Shown in pieces: positions 24,001 to 36,000 of a DNA stretch of 64,000 nucleotides (position 1 is its first letter; each line of letters opens with the position of its first letter). Under the pieces are notes generated by a model that worked only from the letters and a program-made list of their open reading frames with translations, was not told where the DNA came from and made no database searches. A program made the translations under genes and the position numbers. The stretch comes from Chiloscyllium plagiosum (taxonomy: Eukaryota), in contig NC_057718.1 in the NCBI RefSeq assembly GCF_004010195.1, positions 88,626,233 to 88,690,232 of the forward strand, in the 5' to 3' direction.

Positions 24001-27000
24001 CTGAGCTTAATGGTCTCTTTTTGTACTGAAATTTCTATATTTAAAAAAAGTTAAAAACTCAAAACAGACTAATTCAATGCAACAGGTAAATTCTACAAGT
24101 GCTAATTCTTTTGGTTAAAATAATAACCTTTGGAATATTTGTGAAAATAGAAGTAATGAAATGAGCTCAAATTCTAGGCAAATTTCTAAATTATTGCTCT
24201 GTACCTGCTTTCAGTTGAGGGTCATCCTATTGAAATAAATGAAAATTTAATTTGACAGCAAATAAACAATCTTTGGTTGCATCATATCTATGCTTTCCAT
24301 ATACAATGTGAAATTTCGATTAATGCTGATAGTAATCCTTAATTGTGACTGCAGGGAAACTTCCACATTTGATTCAGACAAGCTCTAAGCTGAAAACCCA
24401 AGGTACGGTATATATTAGGCTGGGTTAATCTCCTCTACAATTATGTGAATCAGATGCAAATAGTAAATAATACATATTTGATACCTACACGTTAGATTCT
24501 CTCATCACAAAAGCCTAAATACAGTTCCATTAGCAATTGGAACCTTTAGATTAGATTCCCTACAGTGTGGAAACAGGTCCTTCGGCCCAACCAATCCACA
24601 CCGACCCCCGAAAAGTAACCCACCCAGACCCATCTTTCTAGACCATGGTTTCTTTGGTTTTCATTTTAGACTTCCCAATAGTTATTTATGCAAATACAAG
24701 GGTCTACCGAGACAAACATCATATGCTAATAAATATTATCACATTTATAAAATAGAACATTTTCAAAGTTTTGAGAAGATTTGTAGCTCGGATGCTCATT
24801 GCTGTGGTTCTGTTCGCCGAGCTGGAAGTTTTTGTTGCAAACGTTTCGTCCCCTGTCTAGGTGACATCCTCAGTGCTTGGGAGCCTCCTGTGAAGCGCTT
24901 CTGTGGTGTTTCCTCTGGCATTTATAGTGGCCTGTTCTTGCCGCTTCCAGTTGTCAGCTTCAGCTGTCCGCTGTAGTGGCCGGTATATTGGGTCCAGGTC
25001 TATGTGTTTGTTGATGGAGTTTGTGGATGAGTGCCAAGCTTCTAGGAATTCCCTGGCTGTTCTTTGTTTCGCTTGCCCTATAATGGTAGTGTTGTCCCAG
25101 TCAACATACTGGCCACTACAGCGGACAGCTGAAACTGACAACCGGAAGGGGCAAGAACAGGCCACTATAAATGCCGGAGGAAACACCACAGAAGCGCTTC
25201 ACAGGAGGCTCCCAAGCACTGAGGATGTCACCTAGACAGGGGACGAAACGTTTGCAACAAAAACTTCCAGCTCGGTGAACAGAACCACAGCAAAGAACAT
25301 TTTCAGTTATCTTTGTATAAAAAATGTAGTTTATTGGTGCTTCTAAACGATTTCTCCTGAGACATGGGAATGCAGTTTTGGAAATCTGTGGCCGAACTGT
25401 GCAGCTTCCTCACTGGCAGCAGAGTTATTTCTATGCTGTTTACATGCATAGATTGTAGCTTGTCACTATTTCCTAGGACAACACATACCTTTACACGTCG
25501 GTTAATATTCAGAAATTGACAAGTTTTATCATAGAGCTGTTCCAGGTTTTCTCTGTCCCAATAAAAATCAGGGGTCATCAGGAGATCGGAACTCAAATTT
25601 ATACGATGTCTGAAAGAGACAAATTTAGGAAAACATCAGGCAGATTACAGTGGATGAAATTCTGAACCCTAACATTAATATCCACAAAATATTTTGTTAC
25701 TATTATCTATATAGACAAAGAGAATTTGCAGAGAAAAAATATAAGATATAATAATCTGTTCTGAAGAAGTGTCACTAGACCTGAAACATTAACTCGGCTT
25801 TCTCTACAAAAACGCTGCAAGACTCACTGAGCTTTTTCTAGGAATTTCTCTTTTCGTTTCTGCTTTCCAGCATCTGCAGTTCTTTGGGTTTTTTTTTTAA
25901 AGATATAATAATAATTTCTTAACCTGAAAAAAAATACATAAACAATTCCACTATTTGTATTTGTATGTGTTTTGGTTTATAGATTATGGACAATTATCAT
26001 ACATTGTGTGCCCCATTTTGGATTTCCATCATACCTCAAATCTTTAACCTTGCCAGACTTCTGAAAAAGTTCCTTATGATAAAGACTGATTTATTGTTAT
26101 CTCTGCAGGACGCTTGGAAGATTTCATACCTAATCTAATGATTTCTCTCATCAGTTTACTTCCCTTCAATGCTGGTTTGAATGTATGGATCTTAATAGTA
26201 ACTACTAAGAAACAACACAGAGATAAGCTTGGCACCCATTGAAATATGGCCAAGATATATTTTGAGGAGGAAAGTGAGGAACATGGTGATGGCACAGTCA
26301 GCAAAGTGGGATAATTAAAATCAAGGATGGTGCAATAACATGGCTACCAAATGTGGATAAATCAGGTTATGATATTAGTAATAGAACATTAGTATCAACT
26401 TCATGATCTTCGCGTCCCTTTTGCATTACTTAGAAACAAATAACAAGAGATTAAGCTCCTATCTGTTTATTGGTAGATTTTCTGAAGTGAACGAAGTTAT
26501 TTTTACCTCAAGGCAAACAGTTCACCAATTTTCTTCATGACTTCAGAACGTGTAAGTTTCACTTGTTTTCCTGATTTTAGCATCTGAATAAAAAGACAAA
26601 ATGCCATGAAGCTAAGAGAGCTTTTGATGGTATGAATCTGACCATAAGAATTGATAAAGTTTACAAATACTATAAGTTTCAGTAAAAATATCACAGTTTA
26701 ACATGCTAACTTGACATGTTGGGTGAAATTGGGCTATATTTAACTGTAGCTGGATTTATTTAATGGCACTCAGATTTCTTTTAAATTGTTACATTTACAT
26801 CTAAAGTACAGAATTACATCACACAAAACTCAAGAAATTTGGGGCTGTCTCTTATGCCATTGCTGTTTCTTTTATAATAATCCTCAATAATTTGATCTAT
26901 CTTACATGTAGCACAGGAAATGAGGTAGAGATAAACTTATAATTAAATGAGGGGATTGGGTTGTTTCTCATTATTAGGAAAACAAATTAAGGTGGACCTA

Positions 27001-30000
27001 TATACTTGTCCAAATTTTCACAAAGAAAGGTGATTTGCTCTGTGTAATACATAAATTATTTCTAAATATTGCATTTAGTAGATTTAAATGGTGAGTGAAA
27101 TTCTACTTCATCCTGATACTGTATGATGCAAGGGTGCCTTGCTCATCCCATACATCAAAATGTTCCCATTTTCCCCACACACATAAATGCATAGTGAAGT
27201 TGGAATGGGTTTCTTGCCCAATCCTGGAGGTTGTGTTTCTCTTTCCACTTAGTTTTTCTTTTTCTGAACCATCCTCTCACCTTCTTTACTTTCTCCTTCC
27301 TTGCCCTGCATCATAGGGTTGCCAATTCCTGTCTTTGCTGAACTGATTCACGGTATTCCCCGCTGCCCTGACAGAGTCATTTTAATCTCTTCCATTGTGC
27401 AAATTACTTTTTTTTAGTTCTTTCATGAAATGCAAGCATCACTGATGAGGTCGACATCAGTTGCTCATCCCTAGTTATCCTTGAGAAGTGATAACAAACT
27501 TCTTGAACTGCTACAATCCAGCTGGTGTAGCTATGCCTACAGTGCTGTTTTACTTTACCCTTATCAGTTGTTCATACATGAAGATCAATCCGAACACTCC
27601 AAAATCTTTGTTATGGAGACTGACAAACTTGGGAATGACCAAGAATTGAACCTGCCCCCTCCATGTATTAAATGACAATGCACTTGTTCACTGAATTTCA
27701 GAGGAAGCTGTGAAATACTTTGAAGGTGAGGGATAAAATAATAAGACTGGAGTCATATTTAATAAATTCCAGCTAATGCCAGCAAATCAAGGTGGAAATC
27801 ATGGCAGCTATCGGGCTTTCGCATGTGTTTCATTTATATTTCAATTATACCCAAATTTATTTCAATTTCAAGATCTATTTAAAATATGCTTGACAATCTG
27901 ATGCAGGAAAATGCTACATTGCTCACCTCAGGAATGAATTGAATGGACTCAACAAAGTTATCCAATGACACCTCCCAGATGGCAAGTTTTACTGCAACCA
28001 AGATTAGAAACTTTTAAAATCATCAAAGATTTTAGCAACTTGCATAAAATTTGAGCCAAAAAAATGAAAAGCTACATTGTGCATAGATTTCCTACATAAT
28101 AGCTGATGCTAAATTGGATTTTATATCATTTTGTAACATCAACATTAGATCACATCATTAACAATGCATCTGTGTACTCTTAAAGCTTTAAGATTGCAAA
28201 AGGACAGTAAGTGAAACCAAATTCAAAAAATATGTTGACTTATGGGTTAGTCCCAGAAAATAGCAATGAAGTTGCAAAACTATCTTTAAAATTTCAGAGA
28301 CAGGAACCTATACTCCCCCTGCCATTAACTCAGCTTGATCTTAAGTAAGTCCAACTTCCTGCTTACTACAAGTGACATTGTCACCAAATCACACAGTTAA
28401 TAGCAAAAAAGGTGGTTTATGTAGCTGAGACTGAGTATAAAGGGTTAGGGTATGTATACAGCACTTCTGTCTGCATCATATAAAGAATGTATCACTTTAG
28501 TGTTTTTTTTTAAGTTATGGACTGAAATGAGGAAAGAATGGTTTTAAAAACCAAGGATTTCAAGGATATTGACATAGTTTTGAAAACATGTAATCTGATC
28601 CTCATTGTAAATACCATGTACACAACTGTTGGTCTCAGCAGTCGTGGGACAATATGTATTGGATCTGAAGAATTGTGTACAAATGGAGCATTGTTTGGCA
28701 ACAAGTAGTAGATTATTTTGTGATTAATGGTCAGTTACCAATGATAAATATCTTTGCCTGTGATTGATTGTCAGGTACTTGAACAGTCTGGGGCTGTGGA
28801 CAAGATATAGCAAAGCCATCAGGTCTCCAATTGTGCAGGAATGTTTTTGGTTCTCTGCAACAAGCCTCTTTAACCATGAAGAAAACCCATTTACCTTTCC
28901 TTCAGCAGTCGCTCTAAGTTGCATCTTTTAGTCACTAAATCAGAGAACTTTAATCAGTGAACCAGCCATCCTATACCTCTTGCAAACCAGTGGAGGTATC
29001 TGAAAAGTCAAGTCCAAGAAGCAACCTTCTGCTCAGCCCAAGAACCAATTCAACAGGTCTGGTGAACAAAGACTACTTAAATGCTTTTCCAGTTTTCCCT
29101 CCACCCATAATATTCCTGTTTGTTTTTGCCCTTGTCTAAAGTGTTTAAAGTGAAGTTTTTAAGGGGATTAGAGTTTTAATCAGTAAAGTTTTATGCTGAC
29201 GGTTCATAACTATTTACCTATAGCTAGAATCTAGTTACATGTAATAGTAATTCTTGTTAGTACAGAAACCTGATCCATGTTTTCTGTCAACCTGGACCTA
29301 GAAGATAGGTAAATTAGTGAATTCTGCATGAATTTAAAACAAACTTTAACTTTTGTGATAACTGAGTGTGTATCAGTAACTGATTTCCAGCATACTACCG
29401 TAGTTGCAACAATAAAGAAAGTATACAAAAACACATATATAATGTAATTTTAATAAGCAGAATAATTTTGGGGAAAGAATACAAGACATTACACCTAAAG
29501 ATGATCACTAATACAGATGGCTCAATGCTATATCAATTTAAAAATTGGTTGAATATGGTATATTCAGGAATATTAGAGTGATGCATTGAAACTGATTATG
29601 CACAATAATCGTGAGGATATAATGAGAAAAATGTGTAGGATCAGAAGTTCATCCACCTCTTTGTGTCTCACCTGACAGGGAAAGTGCATTTGAAAATGCA
29701 AACTTCTCCAAAATAGATTCATCTAGTTCCAGATCAGAGTTCAACAATATCTGTCCTTTATGCAGCTTTGAATGCCCTCTGTGGAAAACGAGTATATGAT
29801 AAAGATGATATTTGACTCTTGCTTATTTTGAAAATTCTAACAATATCATATCACTTGCTCAAATTGATCTTCTCAACACATCACTTTAGAACCATAAATT
29901 GACTGGAATACTAAGTACACAAAATGAATCATTCTTACATTGTCCCTCCATTAAAATACGTATTTGATATAGAATAGGTTCTGGAACTGCTGAATAATCA

Positions 30001-33000
30001 TATAAATTCTCCTTTGATACAGAACATAGAACATTACAGCGCAGTACAGGCCCTTCGGCCCTCGATGTTGTGCCGCCCTGTCATACTAATCTGAAGCCCA
30101 TCCCACTATGTATGTCCATATGTCTGTCCAATGATAACTTAAATGCACTTCTGTGGGGTGTAAACAGTCAAACTTCTCTAAGTGGGTTTTTCAGTTCTAA
30201 AGGAGACAGTAAGATGAGATAAACAGTCTTGAAAACTTTAATTTGCATTACTAACATTTGTTCTCAAATTCACGAGCAAATGACCAAAATAAAGCCTTAG
30301 TTTACATACACATGATGTAATATTTATTATCTACTTGGGAGATAATTGAGATGTGGACATTCAAGCAGTCACATGAATCACAACCAATACTGCTGCAGTG
30401 ACCTCAGCTACTGAATGAAAGACAAATAGAAAATGTGCTGTCGAGACATTTCAAAAAAGAGCCAATCTCTTTCCACATTATCTGGAGTTAGGAGATTAAT
30501 CTCAGAATTGTCAAAAAAATAAACCAGATGACAACTTTGTGTGAACACTTTAGTTGGGAGCTCTTCATTATTGTTTTTTGTATCATACTGATCTTTAGAT
30601 TATAAAATAGAAGCACTACATATCTCAACGCAACTAAGTATGCTTGCCGTATTTCAATATGAGATCCTGTTTTCAGGAAATTCTCTGTAGAACATCTTTA
30701 TTTGGACAGAGGGAACACTTTCCTATGTTTTCCTTGATTTCACATATATATTTGCTTTACTTGGTTTATGTTTTGCTATTCAGCAGCAGATTTTCCAGTA
30801 TTCCCTGAAGCAGGCCTGTTCAATTTTTTTTGTTTTAGTTTTTCTAAATAGAATTATTTTCTAAATATTTGTTCCTGCATTTTTAGAAAAAGAGCTATAT
30901 GAATCTTTCTAAATAATCAAAATGGTCGAGCACAGAATTTAGAAAATCATTGTAGGAACTTGAATCTTTAATCAGAGTTTCCACTGTTTCTTAAATGGCG
31001 TGTGATGAGAGCGTATTATGCATTTTAAATCCAAATCATAAAATATAATAGTGGCAGATGCACATGGGTTAGTTCTGTGAAGGTAATTTTATAAGCAGAT
31101 CAGAAAGTTATTTGAAACAGTGACCTAAGTGTACCCAATTCTAAGCATGTGATTGTAGTCAAATGCCTGGAAGAAGCTCTGTAGCATTAGATTTAACGTG
31201 TGTATTGCTGAGTTCACAACAGACCAAAAAGCCATTAGGTTAGTTTTGACCTTACAACAGAAGGTTCAAAGTCTCAGTTCAGAAGAACGAAGACTTCAGT
31301 TCAGAAACTAGAACAGCTTCTCCTCGGGAATTAAGATTTAAGTTCATGAGAACCAGCTATCAGTACCCAGTAGGAGCAAATTATTGCACGTGCTGGAATC
31401 TGAACTGAAAACAAAAAATGCTGGAGATCACACTGGGTCAGGCAGCATCCATGGACTGAAAGCAAGCTAACATTCGAGTCTAGATGACTCTTCAACAGAT
31501 ACCTGGATGTTTTGTGGAGTTTCTGAGCCAGAAGAATTTGGATAAAAATCTTCAAGTTATTATAACTGAAAATTTAGGCCACTGGAATTGTCAAAGGTGT
31601 ATGCCAAAGGACTCAAAGTCACAATCCAAATAGAAGAAACTGGGGGGGGGGGGGGGGGGGGGGGGTGTGTGTGTGGAGTGGAAGCTGCTGTTTGTATTAA
31701 GATCTTTCGAACTGTCTTATATATATGGCTTTCATGACTTTGTTTTGTGGTTAAAGAACATCAGCAACTTTGTGTGAATACATTTCAGTGACTCACCATC
31801 ACATTAGCCAAATGAAAAAACTTAAAGAATTATTGTAATATAAAATTGAAAGAAGAATTGGAAGGATGAACTGGGTTAAAATTGAAATGAAACAGTTTCT
31901 GTACAAAGTGACTAACTGAGACTTAGAAAAATGTTTCATTCTAACCTGTCGACTAGAAGGTCGCTTACTTACTTGGGATCAGGCTAGTTTGCTAATGTGA
32001 AAAAAATTAAACTTCTTCATTTTCTCTAGGTGCCCCATAGGGATCTTTTCAAATTAAGAATATTTCAAGCCATTTGGACTGCAAATCTATCAGTAAAACA
32101 AAAATCTAAATTCAAGGATAGTGACAAAGGAAGTACAAAAAGCAGCAAACCATGTTCCTTGATCTAAGGTGGAAATGGCATCCTGCTGCTCTAGTAGAAC
32201 AGTCTGCAGTTTAATTTTGACCCAAGGGAATGAAAGATTGCTCATGGATGGCTATGCCATCTGTACAACTGACTTAATTTGTGCCACCCTGTGGTGCGAA
32301 AACCTTGCCCAGTAAATTCAATAAAAAAAACTATATTGCTTCAGAAAGGATTTAACTGTTTGTATTACTAGGCTTAGTCACAGTAATACTCTGCAAAGAC
32401 ATATTTTAAGCTAATATCTTTAACAGTCACACATAGGTATACATAACCTTTAAGATATCCAGGCTACATTCAAAAATGCTGTTTAAAACAGGATTTCAAA
32501 ACAACTCAGATACAGTTTGTTCACAGACCTTGAGCTGTGTTCCACAAAATATTTGGTGCAAGGAGTCATGCATATTACACAACTGTGGGAATGTCCAGCA
32601 GCTAAACATCATCTTGTAACTTTCCATTTCTATGTATCTCGGAAATAGAGTTAGATATTTACACATTTTCACTAAAATTGAAACAAGCTGGATTTTCTGA
32701 TGGGCCTTAGGACCCCAATGTCAGGACCAAATGGGAATTTGGATCTTTCGCACACGCCAGTAGTGAAAGCTGCATCACAATCTTCTTGAAGGCAGCCACT
32801 TAATCTGCCATTGCCATCATTGATGTCCTACTAAAAATGCCGCTGATTCAAGCAGAGACCAGATAGCTCAAGAACTCCAGCAGCCCTACCGAGAGACGTA
32901 GACATTGCCAAACAGGTTGGCTGCATACATAGGTATGAGGCATTAGAAATGGAATGGAAACCCATCTGGGTAGATTTTTGGGACCTTGTGTATGGCCTTT

Positions 33001-36000
33001 TCTGCTGGTGGTCCCATTTATGGAGCATGGAACCTCCAGCTTCAATGCCTCTCAACCTGCTGAACAGAAGCCATCTCCAATGATGGTGAGGTTGTAAACA
33101 TTGCCCCTAGTTGCAGCCTTAACTATATTAATTGGCTGTCTGCCTTCATAGAAAGGTCCCAGTGAGGCAAATGTGATGAAAGTTGCCCAATGCAGTTCCT
33201 TCTGTTTTCCTAGTCCCTCACCTCCAAACTTGACACTATGGAGCCAAGGAAAATTTAACTCAAGAATTTTACACACTGAAATGCTGCACACAGATGAAGA
33301 GTCGGTGAATTAATGGATTTGAAGTATGACCATTCATTCAGTGATAATGCTGAGTCTTTAATTGCTACCAATGATGATGACTCCAAAGGAATGCTGAACA
33401 TGCTCAAATGGCAGGACAAATATTTTCATTTTGACATTCAGAATTTCAGTTTAAACAATTTCAGAACATTGCTACATATAAACGGATATCAAACTGTTTA
33501 TGCGAGATTTTACAAACTCCAACAGATAGACGGTCTGTGTGTGCATACAGGAGAACTTCCATTATCCGAACGTGATGGGTGGGCACTATTTTGTTCGGCT
33601 AATCAATTATTCAGTTAATCGATTAAATGCCTTTCCTCTGGGGCTCGGAGTTTTTAAAGTCTGCTCCTTGTTCAGGAGATGGCAGCAACACACAATGCAT
33701 GAGCCCCCGCCCCCAAGCCCATGCAACACTGCTCTTCCGACCCGTCCAACGCCACCACCTCCTCTCCGAGTCAGCCGAACTGGACACGAGCAACAAGACT
33801 GTTGCTGCTGCTGCCTTTGTGGGGTAAGCCTCCAAATAGCACACACGCAGACACAGACACACACACAACTTTTTACTGCACCTTTTTGACAGGTTCCACC
33901 TTTGCCCTCTACAGGACAATGTTGGAGAGGTTATCTGGGGAAGTGGGGAAAAAGAGGTGTGTTTAGGATACACCCCTCTGTAAAACTCCAGGGAAAGTGT
34001 GGGAGGAGAGAGAGCGGGTGGGCAGTCAGTCATTTGGAGATGCTGCCTATTTAATCACCGTAAACAAAAGACACGATCAATGCTGGAAACACGTCTTTGA
34101 TGTAATGTTCCTATCGGGACCTCGAGATCTCCTTTGGATAGTCCAATTTTCGGATAATTGAGGTTCTTCTGTATACACACACACATAATATATACAGTGT
34201 TGCTAACAAGTACGGTAACTTCTTGTCATGGACCACATCATTTGCAATGCCAGCAATTTGATGATTCAGAAGACTGTGAAACTTGAATGGAGTTTCCTCA
34301 TCTTGCCAAAGCCCACTACCCAGTGGCAGTATTTGCATATGACAATTTACCTTTGTAAAATTGATGCTGAAATTAATTTTTTCCAAGGCCAAGTTTCGAG
34401 TGGGTGACTGGACTACCATCCCAATGTCATCTCTGTCTGAGAAATATATTTCATTGCAGGCTTGTCGACATGTTTCCAGTGGTGATTGGCACTCTGCCTG
34501 TCTGGAGGGCAGGATTTTCCAGATGTTCAGCACCCAATTAGAATGAACACACATATTAAGGAGGAGCATCTTTGTGCAAATCTGGGCTGCTACTTGGAAG
34601 GTACTTAGGGAAAAATATTTTGGCAAAAGCATGCAAGTTGCTGCTTGTGGAAAAGTTGAGGACATGGTTTCCCTTGGGTAGCAGGAAGATGCTGCAAATG
34701 CCGCAGTAAGACAGCAGACAATATCATGTCAAAGAACAATGGCTCAATGCCACAAGTAGACAATGCTGAATGAAGTATTCCTATTGCATTTTCTCTGCTT
34801 TAGTAATTGCCATAGCACTTCCTTCCTTTACTCCATTTGCTTCTCTACTGTATTAATTTTATTCTAATCACACAGAATTATTGCCTTGTCCCTTGCAGCA
34901 GTATTTGTTAACTATCTTTACATTTCATTCTAGAACCACTTTCTTATAGGTCACTCCTCATCAGCCTGCTCACATCTTGCATCCCCTCTCTATCTCTCTC
35001 TTATCGGATGATGGTCTCTGATGTATTCTAATAACATTTCCAACACACCGTGGTAACACATCGCCACTGAGAATATGACATTCAGAAACTGGGGTGGATT
35101 AGAGCAGAGGAAGGACCTACCTTTCTAAAAGAAATATAGGCTAACACCCAGTTGTAGAAACAAACAAGGGAAATAACTGCACTAGGCAGATCAATGACTA
35201 CTGGATATGGCAAAGTCAGAGACAACTTTCAGTGGGATGTTTGCTTATTTTATATACTTTTTCTCTATCCTTAAGCAATTATAGCACTCCATTATTACCT
35301 AGAATTTCCATGCAGTGTTGACCTTTGTTCCTCTTCTCTTCTTCTAGATTCTAAATGCCTGGACTCTGCAGAAGAGAGTGGAAGTAGGACAGCACTCCTG
35401 AGAAACACCAGCACTCACTCCATTCCTCCAAAGCACAATTATAGATATCAGCACCTTATGAGATAGGTCCCAAAATACAGCTGTCTTACTGGAATATCCA
35501 GCATTTCCACATTTGCTGAAGGGAAACATTTTGGGATCCTATTAGATTTAAATACTTCCTTTTCCTGGCCCCATCTGTGGAGAGAGAAAAACAGAGATAA
35601 TGTTTCACGTCTGCTTTGACGTAAGGTCACAAAACGTGAAATGTTAAATTTTGTTTCTCTCTCCTCAGATGTTGCCTAACCGGTTAAGCATTTCCAGCAT
35701 TTTCTGTTTGTATTTAAAATAATACAGCTCTTACTCTGCAATCCGGTAATTAACTTCCTCATTTTCCCAATGAACCAAAGCGATTTCATAAGGCTGGATC
35801 TCATGTGGCTCCAAGATTTGCATTACACGTTTCACCTGAAGGTAGAGAATTTGGAGACTGTTTTAAATAACAGACTAGAAATATAATTCATGTTTACTTT
35901 CTTAAAGAATTTTCATAAAACATAATTTGCAAAATATTAGAAACCAAATGAAATACAAATTCCATTATCTCAACCTCGAAGATTCAACATTTTCTTAATA

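Larger units (their letters stand above)
24766..25293. mobile_element. Palindromic Penelope-like element (short): minus copy 24766-25103 plus inverted copy 25104-25293
   Basis: Near-identical arms of about 190 bp; exact 12-bp flanking direct repeat agaacattttca at 24754-24765 and 25294-25305; same family as 13553-14925. Confidence 0.92.

Noticed and set aside
24857..25235. Mirror-image 110-aa ORFs on both strands as a gene pair
   Set aside because: A by-product of the PLE palindrome.
34111..34665. 184-aa minus-strand ORF
   Set aside because: No recognisable domain, partly overlaps a MITE, and is not needed for the RMND1 frame.
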